From the NCBI RefSeq assembly GCF_964204645.1, contig NC_134026.1:31396250-31460249 (forward strand): DNA of 64,000 nucleotides. The letters are read 5' to 3'. The notes beneath the pieces are model-generated. The model was given only the letters and a program-made list of their open reading frames with translations. It had not been told where the DNA came from and did not search any database. The position numbers were made by a program, and so were the translations under genes. This stretch comes from Tubulanus polymorphus (lineage: Eukaryota; Animalia; Nemertea). Positions 37,613 to 51,993 of the stretch are shown piece by piece (within the stretch, counting starts at the first letter, position 1; each line of letters starts with the position of its first letter).

Positions 37613-40600
37613 TGAAAATATTTTAGCGGTTAACAGCAGTTTTAATTACCCCCTTGTTTTCTTGTTATTGATAGTTACATCAGAAGTTATAGAATAGATG
37701 ATTAATTTTTATTGTTTGATGAACTTGCAGTTAATTAGATTGATTAATAATGAAATTACTCTCGGGCCATTGGACCATAATCTTTTTAATGTTATCTTAA
37801 TTTTTGGGATCTCGAGTTTTTTATACTAAAATAAGATTGTTATTGAATGAAACAATAGAATTTTACTTTTTCTTAGATTTACTGTTAGGGAATTTTTCTT
37901 TTTTTTTTTTAGTTTTTAGGCTTTTCATTTTTGGGTTTTTCTAGATTCTAATTTTTTCCAACACTGGGGACCTAAGTGTGTTCACTTTTCATCAGTCATT
38001 TGTCTGTTTTGAAAACGCTTCAATGGATTGTCTTGAGATTTGGTTTATGCACAGATCTACCCTAGACACATCAGCAGCCCAAAAACTAACAGAGAATCAA
38101 GATAGCTGACTGGTGGTCATTTTCATTGGCCAAAATCAGCACTTTTACAGTTTTGAATTTTTCAAGGGAGGTTTTGAAGATGTCCTCAACAATTGATGTT
38201 AAATATGGATACGTATGCCCCCAGGGCCCATCATCATTAGAATTATTGGGTTGTTGACATTTGATAATCGTAAGCCATTGTTATAGGACACCACTTACAT
38301 GGAATCAGGCTTACACCATTTTCTGTTCTTCATCTTCATCACGGGAATTGAATTATAAACAATATTTCTCATTAGTTTTTGTACCTACGCATTTTACTTT
38401 AATCAATTGCAAATTTTTAGCATCGGTTTTTGTCATGTTTTACCAGGGGCATTGAATATTGAAATTGTCAGATTGTTAAGCATTTCACCGAGTGGGCAAG
38501 GTGTCCGTGCACCTCTAGTTTTTCTCTTTTTTTCACTGCTATCAAGGTTCTCGTACACATTTCATGCAGCTTTTTCATTCAATATCAATATCATCCTCAC
38601 TTGCCAGGTTTTAATTGTCGTCTGCTGAAGCTCATGCCAACATAAACCCCGGCTGCCAACTCTTCATTGGTCTACTACATTGCTCAAGATTTCTTGGGTA
38701 GACAGGTTACCACTGAGCGGCCACCAGTCTATGTATTAAGTCAATCAGATGCATTGTTTTTTCCCGATTCGCTACACACATGATTGACTAGATATAAAGA
38801 CTAGTGGCTGCTTAGCAGCAACCTGTCGACACGAAATATCTTGGACAATGTAAGAGACCAATGAAGGGTTTGTGACTGGGGTTTGTGTAAGCGTGAGTGC
38901 TGGTGGGCGACAATAAAACCCTGGTGATTGGGGATGTATCGATGTACATATCAACACTCAAAAAGCCAAACATAATGGCGGCATTATTATTGGGAGGTGC
39001 ACCTGGCCTAATATACCGCGCGGTAAAAACCACTCTTTCTGTGGTTGTGTAGTACCAGTAATTGATGATCATCGAGTGAGTGATTGGCCTGGCCCAGTTA
39101 TTCCATTCTGAAATCACTTGGGTTCCGATTATGATTGACAAATATAGAATATTTCATCAAATTGATCGACACATTTTATCCGTACTTGTACATATTGTAA
39201 ATATGTAAATAGCTTTTTATTTGTATATATTATATTTCGTTTTAGATTTTTTTATTGATTTTGATTTCTTCTTGTGAATATTTTTTAGATATCTTTTTAT
39301 AACTTTGGATTATCTCAAATAATCTTAAAAGTTTTAAATTTTCTAAACTTCATAATATCTATACATCAAATCTATTTTAGTGCAAATTTTGATAAAGATT
39401 TAATTGATAATTAATATTTTTAATTCTATTGAATAATTTCAATATTCAAAACAACAGAATGAATGCATTCAATCTTAGTTTGATCCGGATATCACTTGTT
39501 GCATCTATTGTTTTAACGAGATTTTAACCTATAAGTTTGGAGCATTGATATTATTTCATTGCATTAGTCCCGCCTCCTCATTTATGGCTGATGGTTGATT
39601 TCAGATTTTCAGCTTCTGATAACATTAATATTAATTCAATGCTACGTTATGTTTTGTTGTTTTATTTCTTACGAACGTTTTCAAAGATGACTTTTTGTCG
39701 AATTGATATTTGGTAGTGCAGAGGTTGAGATAATTATACAATTTTATAGAATTGTCTAAAATACTGTACCTAGTAACATATAAGTAGTATTGCTAGTGTA
39801 CCTCTATTTTCAAGTTGTCCTGTGGTACGACGTTAAACTGCCTCATTTTAACAATACGTTTTATCAGTGATTTTTATCTGTTTGTCCTCTGGTACGACGT
39901 TAAACTGCCTCATTTTAACAATACGTTTTATCCATACATTTTATCAGTGATTTTTATCTATTTGTCCTGTGGTATGACGTTAAACTGCCTCTTTTTAACT
40001 GTTTTTATCCATATGTTTTATTGTTTTTACCCATATGTTTTATTGTTTTTATCGCCCCTTCTTTTTCTACCTTTCTCTATCCTTTCCCTCTCTGTCTCTA
40101 TCCTTTCCCTCTCTGTCTCTATCCTTTCCCTCTCTCTCTCTCTCTAACCCACTAACTCTCTTCCTCTTTTTCTAACCCACTAACTCTCTCTTCCTCTTTC
40201 TTTAACCCACTAACTCTCTCCTCTCTCTCCTTTCTTCCTCTCACCCCTCTCCTTCATCCTTCCTCCTCTCTCCCTCCTCTCTCTCTCCTCACTCTCCTCT
40301 CTCTCTCTTTCGCTCTCTTTCTCTCTATCTTGTAAATATTGTAAATTTGTAAATAGTAGTTTTTATTTCTCTTGTAAATATTGTAAATTTGTAAATAGTA
40401 GTTTTTATTTCTCTTGTAAATATTGTAAATTTGTAAATAGTCGTTTTTATTTCTCTTTTTAATTTTCTTGTAGATATTGTAAATTTGTAGATAGTAGTTT
40501 GTTTTTTTTCTTTTTTCATAATTTTCATCGGATCTCACATTATTCAATACAACAGAATGAATGCATTCAATCTTGGTTTCAAACTATTACGTTTCACTTT

Positions 40601-40632
40601 TCACATACATTCGTAGCATTGATACCATTACG

Positions 40633-41550
40633 TTGCAGTTCACTCCATTTGTTGCAGCTATGAACAATCATCTAATTGATTGTGCATACTTTCCCTTCAC
40701 TGGTTTGAAATATTGTTTCCCCTCACTGGCTGAATTTCACTTGATTGGTTGCAGCTATGAACAATCATCTCATTGATTGCGCATACTTCCCCCTCACTGG
40801 TTGCAGTTCACTCCATTTGTTGCAGCTATGAACAATCATCTAATTGATTGTGCATACTTTCCCTTCACTGGTTTGAAATATAGTTTCCCCTCACTGGCTG
40901 AATTTCACTTGATTGGTTGCAGCTATGAACAATCATCTCATTGATTGCGCATACTTCCCCCTCACTGGTTGCAGTTCACTCCATTTGTTGCAGCTATGAA
41001 CAATCATCTAATTGATTGTGCATACTTTCCCTTCACTGGTTTGAAATATAGTTTCCCCTCACTGGCTGAATTTCACTTGATTGGTTGCAGCTATAAACAA
41101 TCATCTCATTGATTGTGCATACTTCCCCATCACTGGTTGCAGTTCACTCCATTGGTTGCAGCTATAAACAATCATCTAATTGATTGTGCATACTTTCCCT
41201 TCACTGGTTTGAAATATAGTTTCCCCTCACTGGCTGAATTTCACTTGATTGGTTGCAGCTATGAACAATCATCTCATTGATTGCGCATACTTCCCCCTCA
41301 CTGGTTGCAGTTCACTCCATTTGTTGCAGCTATGAACAATCATCTAATTGATTGTGCATACTTTCCCTTCACTGGTTTGAAATATAGTTTCCCCTCACTG
41401 GCTGAATTTCACTTGATTGGTTGCAGCTATAAACAATCATCTCATTGATTGTGCATACTTCCCCATCACTGGTTGCAGTTCACTCCATTGGTTGCAGCTA
41501 TAAACAATCATTTCAATGATTGTGCATACTTCCCCTCACTGGTTGCAGTT
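40633..41550. repeat. 168-bp tandem repeat (internally dimeric), ~5.5 copies
   Basis: TTGCAGTTCACTCCATT recurs with a 168-bp period. Each unit has two GCAGCTATGAACAATCATCT subrepeats. Confidence 0.92.
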
Positions 41551-42499
41551 TTCAGCTTTGGTTTGATGATGATAAATGCTGGTTTTATCATTGGCTCTAC
41601 GCGAACAGTTATCAAAATGTTTGAAGCCTTTGCCAGACGTCCTGTGGGTTCGATGTCTCTAAGAAAAAGCTAAAAGGGTTTCGATTGGAATAAAGTTTGT
41701 TTCCTCCAGCAACAAACGTCCATAGTCTAGAATAAACTGATTTACGTTTGTAAAAAAGCTTTGATAGGTGTATGGCTACATTTCCTACAAGACTCCTCTC
41801 TCTCCTCTCTCATCACGAAATAAGTAAGTCACAAATCTGAATACAATGAAAGTGTGTAAATTACTGCTAAATCAATTAGTGGTGATAAAAGTGCTACAAA
41901 ACACTGAAAGTTGGTGTCTTGAAACAATAATACATGTAATGAAAAATTGATAGATGTACTGATCTTGTGGTTTGTTCTACCTCCTTCCTCTGCTACGAGG
42001 TGATATATCGTGCCGTTTTTGTATACAATATCAAAATCATAGACAATTAAAATGTCGTGGTGGCATGGCTTCTCCTTTTGTTCTCTATAACTCCCGGTAA
42101 TGGCCTTGCTATGACATCAAACGAGTATCAAATACAGAAGATACTCCTTTCTTCTCCTTTAAAAACGGCAAATACTGTTGTTTGCTACTACGGCAAATAC
42201 TGTTGTTTGCTACTGCATGTTGCTCATTCCACTCTGTTCTAGGGGTGGTATTGAGTTTTGGAGTCTCTTCTCCTTCCCTTGCCTTCTTGAATTGTCAAAT
42301 AGATGTGACTTACAATACTGATTACTTCCTTACTTGAAAACTACATGTTACTGATGCTTGCTATCATTCAACTCTGTTTTGGTTGTGATATTGAGTTTTA
42401 AACGTTGTGTTAGGTGTACATGCCTCCTCTCCTCTCTCTCCTCTCTCATCAACAATTAAATAAGACACTCATTGTTTGTATACATTTAGTTTTTTGCTG

Positions 42500-45400
42500 T
42501 GGTGATGAAAGTTAAGTGTTACAAAACACTGTGGGTGAATTACTGCTAAATCAATTAGTGGTGATGAAAGTTAAGTGTTACAAAACACTGTGGGTGAATT
42601 ACTGCTAAATCAATTAGTGGTGATGAAAGTTAAGTGTTACAAAACACTGAGGGTGAATTACTGCTAAATCAATTGGTGGTGATGCAAGTTAAGTGTTACA
42701 AAACACTGTGGGTGAATTACTGCTAAATCAATTAGTGGTGATGAAAGTTAAGTGTTACAAAACACTGTGGGTGAATGACTGCTAAATCATCACTGATGAC
42801 CTCCTACAATACTGCTGCTTGCTGCTGGATGTTAATTGATACACTCTGTTTAGGGGTGATATTGAGCGCAGGAGTCTCCTCCTTCCTTCTTCAACTGTCA
42901 TGTAGAAACGTGACAAACAAACTGAATTGTCAGTTTGTTACAACACTGATGACCTCCTTTAATACTGCTACTTGCTGCTGGGTGTTAATTCTTACCTCCT
43001 TCCATGAACTTCTTGAATTATTACATTAAACATTATTACAATAAAAATTATTACATTAAACATTATAACATCATGAATCATCCTCCTTAAATACTGCTGC
43101 TTGCTGCTGGCTCTGTTTTGGGGTGATATCGGGTGCAGGAGTCTCCTCCTTCCTGTTTCAACTGTCATGTAGAAACGTGACAAACAAACTGAATTGTCAG
43201 TGTGTTACAACACTGATGGCCTCCTTTAATACTGCTGCTTGCTGCTGGGTGTTAATTGATACACTCTGTTTTGGGGTGATATTGAGTGCAGGAGTCTCCT
43301 CCTTCCTTCTTCAACTGTCATGTAGAAACGTGACAAACAAACTAAATGGACAGTGTGGTACAACACTGATGGTCTCCTTTAATACTGCTGCTTGCTGCTG
43401 GGTGTAAATTCTTACCACCTTCCATGAACTTCTTGAATTATTACATTATACATTATTACAATAAGAATTATTATATTAAACATTATAACATCATGAATCA
43501 TCCTCCTTAAATAGTGCTGCTTGCTGCTGGCTCTGTTTTGGGGTGATATTGAGTGCAGGAGTCTCCTCCTTCCTTCTTCAACTGTCATGTAGGAATGTGA
43601 CAAACAAACTGAATTGTCAGTGTGTTACAACACTGATGACCTCCTTTAATACTGCTGCTTGCTGCTGGGTGTTAATTAATACACTCTGTTATGGAGTGAT
43701 ATTGAGTTTTGGCGAGTTTTGTTTCCTGGTCGTCCTTATTGCGACTTTACGTTTTAAATGTATAAATATTCAAAATGGCTATCCATCGATAGCTTTGTGG
43801 TGGTTGAAACTTTGAAATGTCGCTGGTGTTGGTACTGTGTATATATTGTAATATATGTCGGTGAATTGGGATTGATTATGTTTCCTGGTCGTCCTTATTG
43901 CGACTTTACGTTTTAAATGTATAAATATTTAAAACAGCTATCCATCGATAGCTTTGTGGTGGTTGAATCTTTGAAATGTCGCTGGTGTTGGTACTGTGTA
44001 TATATTGTAATATATGTCGGTGAATTGGGATTGATTATGTTTCCTGATCGTCCTTATTGCGACTTTACGTTTTAAATGTATAAATATTCAAAACAGCTAT
44101 CCATCGATAGCTTTGTGGTGGTTGAAACTTTCAAATGTCGCTGGTGTTGGTACTGTGTATATATTGTAATATATGTCAGTTAATTGGGACTGATTATGTT
44201 TCCTGATCGTCCTTATTGCGACTTTACGTTTTAAATGTATAAATATTCAAAACAGCTATCCATCGATAGCTTTGTGGTGGTTGAAACTTTGAAATGTCGC
44301 TGGTGTTGGTTCTATGTATATATTGTAATATATGTCAGTGAATTGGGACTGATTATGTTTCCTGATCGTCCTTATTGCGAATTTACGTTTAAAATGTATA
44401 AATATTCAAAATGGCTATCCATCGATAGCTTTGTGGTGGTTGAATCATTGAAATGTCGCTGGTGTTGGTACTTTGTATACATTGTAATATATTTCGGTGA
44501 ATTGGGATTGATTATGTTTCCTGATCGTCCTTATTGCGACTTTACGTTTTAAATGTATAAATATTCAAAACAGCTATCCATCGATAGCTTTGTGGTGGTT
44601 GAATCTTTGAAATGTCGCTGGTGTTGGTACATTGTATATATTGTAATATATGTCGGTGAATTGGGATTGATTATGTTTCCTGATCGTCCTTATTGCGACT
44701 TTACGTTTTAAATGTATAAATATTCAAAACAGCTATCCATCGATAGCTTTGTGGTGGTTGAATTATTGAAATATCGCTGGTGTTGGTTTTGTGTATATAA
44801 TGTAATATATGTCAGTGAATTGGGATTGATTTTGTTTCCTGATCGTCCTCATTACGACTTAATGTTTAAAGTATATAAATATTCAAAACAGCTATCCATC
44901 GATAGCTTTGTGGTGGTTGAATCATTGAAATGTCGCTGGTGTTGGTTCATTGTATATATTGTATCAGCAAATTATTATCACATTATTGATTTTAAAAGTG
45001 TTATACTCAAATATGCTATTGTTTGATAGCTTCATTTTGGTTCCTTGCAACTGAAAGTTGTGAACTGTCATGTAGAAACGTGACAAACAAACTGAATTGT
45101 CAGTGCGTTACAACACTGATGACCTCCTTAACTACTGCTGCTTGCTGCTGGGTGTTAATTAATACACTCTGTTTTGGGGTGATATCGAGTTCAGGAGTCT
45201 CCTCCTTCCTTCTTCAACTGTCATGTAGAAACGTGACAAACAAACTGAATTGTCAGTGTGTTACAACACTGATGACCTCCTTAACTACTGCTGCTTGCTA
45301 CTGGGTGTTAATTAATACACTCTGTTTTGGGGTGATATTGAGCGCAGGAGTCTCCTCCTTCCTGTTTCAACTGTCATGTAGAAACGTGACAAACAAACTG

Positions 45401-47186
45401 AATTGTCAGTTTGTTACAACACTGATGACCTCCTTTAATACTGCTACTTGCTGCTGGGTGTTAATTCTTACCTCCTTCCCTGGACTTCTTGAATTATTAC
45501 ATTAAACATTATTAAAATAAAGATTATTACATTAAACATTATTACATCATGAATTATTACATAATTACATTATTAAATTACACATTATGTTACAAAACAC
45601 TGAGGGTGAATTACTGCTAAATCAATTGGTGGTGATGAAAGTTAAGTGTTACAAAACGCTGTGGGTGAATTACTGCTAAATCAATTGGTGGTGATGAAAG
45701 TTAAGTGTTACAAAACACTGTGGGTGAATTACTGCTAAATCAATTGGTGGTGATGAAAGTTAAGTGTTACAAAACACTGTGGGTGAATTACTGCTAAATC
45801 AATTGGTGGTGATGAAAGTTAAGTGTTACAAAACACTGTGGGTGAATTACTGCTAAATCAATTGGTGGTGACAAAAGTTGGGTGTTACAAAACACTGAGG
45901 GTGAATTACTGCTAAATCAATTGGTGGTGATGAAAGTTGGGTGTTACAAAACACTGTGGGTGAATTACTGCTAAATCAATTGGTGGTGATGAAAGTTAAG
46001 TGTTACAAAACACTGAGGGTGAATTACTGCTAAATCAATTGGTGGTGATGAAAGTTGGGTGTTACAAGAAACTGTGGATAGATTACTGCTAAATCAATTG
46101 GTGGTGATGAAATTTAAGTGTTACAAAACACTGTTGGTGAATTACTGCTAAATCAATTGGTGGTGATAAGAGTCAAGTGTTACAAAACACTGAGGGTGAA
46201 TTACTGCTAAATCAATTGGTGGTGATAAAAGTTAAGTGTTACAAAACACTGAGAGTGAATTACTGCTAAATCAATTGGTGGTGATGAAAGTTGGGTGTTA
46301 CAAAAAACTGTGGATAGATTACTGCTAAATCAATTGGTGGTGATGAAATTTAAGTGTTACAAAACACTGTTGGTGAATTACTGCTAAATCAATTGGTGGT
46401 GATAAGAGTCAAGTGTTACAAAACACTGAGGGTGAATTACTGCTAAATCAATTGGTGGTGATGAAAGTTAAGTGTTACAAAACACTGAGGGTGAATTACT
46501 GCTAAATCAATTGGTGGTGATGAAAGTTAAGTGTTACAAAACACCGAGGGTGAATTACTGCTAAATCAATTGGTGGTGATGAAAGTTAAGTGTTACAAAA
46601 CACTGAGGGTGAATTACTGCTAAATCAATTGGTGGTGATGAAATTTAAGTGTTACAAAACACTGTGGGTGAATTACTGCTAAATCAATTGGTGGTGATGA
46701 AAGTTAAGTGTTACAAAACACTGAGGGTTAATTACTGCTAAATCAATTGGTGGTGATGAAAGTTAAGTGTTACAAAACACTGAGGGTGAATTACTGCTAA
46801 ATCAATTGGTGGTGATGAAAGTTAAGTGTTACAAAACACTGTGGGTAGATTACTGCTAAATCAATTGGTGGTGATGAAAGTTAAGTGTTACAAAACACTG
46901 AGGGTGAATTACTGCTAAATCAATTGGTGGTGATGAAAGTTAAGTGTTACAAAACACTGAGGGTGAATTACTGCTAAATCAATTGGTGGTGATGAAATTT
47001 AAGTGTTACAAAACACTGAGGGTGAATTACTGCTAAATCAATTGGTGGTGATAAGAGTCAAGTGTTACAAAACACTGTGGGTGAATTACTGCTAAATCAA
47101 TTGGTGGCAATGAAAGTTAAGTGTTACAAAACACTGTGGGTGAATTACTGCTAAATCAATTGGTGTTGATGAAAGTTAAGTGTTAA
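42500..47186. repeat. Nested satellite complex: 59-bp (42500-42790), 153-bp (42790-43710), 159-bp (43720-44960), 153-bp (45062-45505), 59-bp (45588-47186)
   Basis: Units read directly from the sequence. 59-bp unit: GTGTTACAAAACACTGAGGGTGAATTACTGCTAAATCAATTGGTGGTGATGAAAGTTAA. Confidence 0.92.
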
Positions 47187-47546
47187 AATTGAGATTTAGT
47201 GATCCCTCCCTTCCCCTCTTGAATTGTCAAGTTAATTGTGACATAAACTGAATTGTAAGTGACTTAAGGCTGGGGTGATATTGAGGTTTATTGCCTTCCC
47301 CTCCTTTCCCTTCTTGAATTGACAATTAAATTTTGACATAAACTGAATTGTTAGTGACTTGATTATATTACTCCACTTAAGGAGTGATAAAATTGTTGGC
47401 GTCTAAACTCTGATGATGAGGTAAACCAGTTTCTAAGTCTGTGAGCCGACAGTGTAAAAAACTGTTAGAATTCAAATTACTTTAAAGATCTTCAGAAAGA
47501 TGGTCGATCATCGTAAACACTGGTGAAAACAGTTGACTTCTCAATT

Positions 47547-47690
47547 TGCACTTGACGTCCCAATTTACACTTGACGTCTCACTATGCACTTGACATCCCA
47601 CTTTGCACTTGGCGTCTCACTCTGCACTTGACATCTCGCTATGCACTTGGCGTCTCACTCTGCACTTGACGTCTCGCTATGCACTTGCAC
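47547..47690. repeat. 19-bp repeat (TGCACTTGACGTCTCACTA)n with CRE-like TGACGTC
   Basis: About 8 degenerate copies. Confidence 0.8.
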
Positions 47691-49414
47691 CGACGCATCA
47701 ATTGCACTAAACAGCACTGGCACACCCGCGGGTCCATGCGCATGGTTAGCAAATTGATCAGCATGCAGCATGCCATCTTTGTGTGTGGAAAGAATTTAAA
47801 AACAGCTGTAAGTTTAAAATTAAGGAATGTATTATTTGTATCATTCCTTGTAAAATCTCAAATAACGATTATGTAAAGATAAACATAATATCAATTTTAT
47901 GATGGTAAAAATATCAAAATGTCAAATAATTAAATATCAATTTGTAAAACGAGAGGAAAGAGAAAGATGAAAGTACCAGAAAGAGAAGTGTTGGATTGGT
48001 GTCTGTTGTCAGTAGAAATCTGAGGTACTCTACTGAGGAATCTCCACTCCCCAAACAGAGAGTTCAAGATGATACTGAAAGTTCCTGAGGTTCCTAGAAA
48101 TTTCACTAAGTAAAGACTTGAAATTAGGTATAGTATAAATTGCTATGAATTTCGTTATAGCTAAGAATGTTCTCAACTAGGACGGTAAGTTAGTATTACG
48201 TGTATTTCATATTTCCCTTTTGTAGCGTGTATTGATTTGGTCATCTAGTACAAAATACCAAACGACTGACAGGAAACAGGATTGTTCCAGTTGTCGTTGA
48301 GAAATATTTAAGGTGTCATGAGTCTGAATTGACTATAAATCAGGTAAAATTGTACTTAATATGAACTTCTTTGCAGGAACAGTCGACTTAAAGATGGTTA
48401 TGTTTATTTTATGTATTTTTGTTGTAGCCAGTGGACTGTTGTTGTTAGAGACGCTCAAAACCAGAGCAAAGGAAACATCAGAGTTCAAGAAGTGTTGAGC
48501 AAATTCCTCAAGGTCCGAGTCATGAATCTGAATTGACTATAAATCAGGTAAAATTGAAATTTATTTTGAAGAAGAGTCTCAAAAATGATATCATTATTCA
48601 TATTTTGTGTTTTCACATTGTAGTACATGTATTGAGCTTGTGGTTGGCCGTAAAATATCAGGCGACAGGAAAAGATCAGATCAGAGATGCTGACAAATTT
48701 CTCCATCAATTCGGAACTTCTTTCAATGTTTGTACGCAGAAATCGAAGTACTTTGGGGAATCTCCACATCAAACAGAAAGTTCAAGAAGATACGAAAAGT
48801 TACTGAAGTTCTGTGCAATTTCTCTTCTAAATCATGTGTCTAGATTGACTATGAATCAGGTAAAATTGAATTTATGAATTTCTTTGCAGGAACAGTCGAC
48901 TCAATGAAACTGGTTACTTTTATGTATTTTTGTTGTAGCCAGTGGACTGTTGTTGTGTGGTAAGAGATGCGCAAAACCAGAGGAAAGGAAAATATCAGAG
49001 TTCTGGAAGAATTGAGCAAATTCCTCAAGGTCCGAGTCATGAATCTGAATTGACTATAAATCAGGTAAAATTGAAATTAGATGAATTTTGTTTTTATGAA
49101 GAGTCTTATGAATGAAAATCATAGTTTATATTTAGTACATTGTTGTTGTAGTTAGTATTGAGTTAATCGTCACACAATACCAGATATCAAGATGGAAACG
49201 ATACCGATGATGCATATCAATTTCCTCATGAAAAACCTAAGAGTCATGTGTCTGAATCTACTAAAAAGCAGGTATAATTGAAATTTATTTTGAAGAAGTC
49301 TCAAAAATGATATCATTATTCATATTTTGTGTTTTCACATTGTAGTACATGTATTGAGCATGTGGTTGGCTGTAGAATATCAGACGACAGGCAAAGATCA
49401 AATCAGAGATGCTG

Positions 49415-49775
49415 ACCAATTTCTCCATCAATTCGGAACTTTCAGTGATTGTTACCGCGAGTTAGCGCAGTTCCAGAGATGCCGACCAATTTCTCCAACA
49501 AATCGGGACTTTCAGTGTTTGTTACCGTGAGTTACCGTAGTTCCAGAGATGCCGACCAATTTCTCCGTCAAATCGGGACTTTCAGTGTTTGTTACCGCGA
49601 GTTACCGTAGTTCCAGAGATGCCGACCAATTTCTCCGTCAAATCGGGACTTTCAGTGTTTGTTACCGCGAGTTATTGTAGTTCCTGAGATGCCGACCAAT
49701 TTCTCCGTCAATACGGGACTTTCAGTGTTTGTTGCCCCGAGTTATCGTGGTCCAGAGATGCCGACCAATTTTCTC
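49415..49775. repeat. 70-bp tandem repeat, ~5 copies
   Basis: GCCGACCAATTTCTCC at 49481, 49551, 49621 and 49691. Confidence 0.9.
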
Positions 49776-51993
49776 TGAGGCTGATTGCTTCAGTATAGGT
49801 TGAATGTAAATACACATTGTACATCTATTCAAAAATAAATATGAATTGGTTTGATTGGCTGGTTTGTTGTTGAATCTGATTGTGGGTTATTAATTACTGA
49901 TTTGCTGCGACTTTGCGTTGTAAATGCATACATTTCAAAGGATTTCTCTTGTTTTTTGCTTGTTAAATAATTTTGTAAATGATAATTGAGGATGTCAAAC
50001 TTTAGTTTAGAGTTTTGTTACAGTGATGAACGAATGCACTGTATATGTGGAGATTATGTACTTGTGACTTCTAAACTCAAGATACTCGGTTTGCTCTTGA
50101 CTTGTTTGATTATGATATTGATGAATACATTGATTTTATGGTGTTTGATTATTGGTTGAACTATTGAACTATCAATACATATTGAACTACTAACCACGAG
50201 TTGTTGTAACATCAATATCATTAGTGGTCAGTTGTTCGCTACAAATTGTATGTGTTATTTTTTCTTTAAATGTACGGTGGACTCTCTCTTAACTAGAATC
50301 ACTTCAAGTCTTGTTACTTTTATCTTGGAGTAATGATTCTCCAAGCTTACATCAACTCGGACCAAACACATTGAACTATTTCATTGAAATTTTTTGATCT
50401 GCAGGTGACAATTATCACCTTGTCTTATTTGATTCGAGTTAGTCAAGTCTATTGTACATGGATTCTTTTTTCTCTGAAAGTGAATTCAATGAAACGACAG
50501 TTGAACCTCTGATACGATACTGTTTAAGACGAAACCCGTTTATTACGATCAGATTTCCAGCAGGTCCCGGCTAATTTACATCGATCCATATTTTGATAAT
50601 ACAACAATTTCACTTTCATCCATAAGATATTATTATTAAGTATTTAACTAAGGAAAATGACTTCAAACCATTCTCACTGCGGTAGAGATACAGTTATCAG
50701 TCTGATTACTCCAAAATTATATTAATGCATGTATCAATCTGCAGCAGCTTGGCACTACCCTATGGATAGTGCCCACCCATACCCTTCAGACACTCGTTAA
50801 GACTTGTCACCGTCTACATAATCTGAAGCGTTCACTCTTCAAACACAGCTTGAACCCTCCACTCATCCCTTTCGGATTGAATGTCTGGGGTCCAGGAAAC
50901 AGAACGACACCTTTCTCTCGGCTTGGAGTTATCAGACCGATCTTGTCTGATTACTCTAAGTACTCGGAGACTTTCATTTATTTGACCATTTACACAGCTA
51001 TCAACCTGCATTTTGGACACAGATTCCACCAATGGAATAATTAATTTGCCTTTTCGCAATTGTTTCCTTGAGTATATCCTGTACTACACTGAAAAATAAC
51101 TGTACAAGGTTCAAACTCCATAGATAGTTACTCCTGATCGGCCCTGGTGCTGAAATAGATGATGAACCGGGGTGTGCCAGTAATTACTGATACCGATTCA
51201 GAATGTCCTGATGCAGAAAGGAAGGATATGTAGAGGTGTTCTGGGTGCGAACGCAGAAACAATTTATACTGAGAATGGTCCTGGTGCGGAAATGAAGTTA
51301 AACAGGGCTGTATGAATTCAATTGCATCAAAGATACATGTATTTTTTTGATTACACGTATACACTTGGAATGAACTATCAAATACCTAGAATTAACAATT
51401 ACAAATATATGTGACCGCATTTCACAAGCGCCATCTATCGGAATATAGAATGAAGTATCTACAAACGTAGTGAAGTCGTGGGTTCGAACCCATGGCATTG
51501 ATTCAGAGTGTGTACAGGGTTGTCCCGGGTTCGAACCCAGTAATCACTTATACTGATGCAGATACTGGTCCTGATGCTGAATAGAGGTTGTCCAGGTTCG
51601 TCCTATGGATAGATGATATACAGCTAAGGGGGTCGGGTTTTGAACCCAGTATAATTGCTGATAGTGATTCTGACTCACGGTCCCGATGCTAAATGGAGGA
51701 TGTGCAGGGCCGGGAGTTCGGGTGTTAAATCCAACATTTTTCAAAGGATTAGAATTAATTCGTAACGCCAAATTCATTATAACGCTCAATTATTCATTCT
51801 CTCCTAATATTAGCATTATAAAGGGCTTCGTATCTGTATATACCTTAACCGTCATGTGCTGCCTCTATACACATCGTTGACGGTGAATTTGTGAACTAAC
51901 TTATTACCCGCATGCCACAGTAAGAAAATTCTTCTGCATAGTTAGTTCTTATGTTCACCGCTACTTACTGTATAGGGAGCAGCACCTAACGGG

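Noticed and set aside
42775-45505. Hydrophobic Cys-rich ORFs
   Set aside because: They are translations of 153-bp and 159-bp repeats with recurrent stops and no supported gene structure.
47408-47440. CTGATGA as a second hammerhead core
   Set aside because: No stem II plus GAAA or closing stem I follows.
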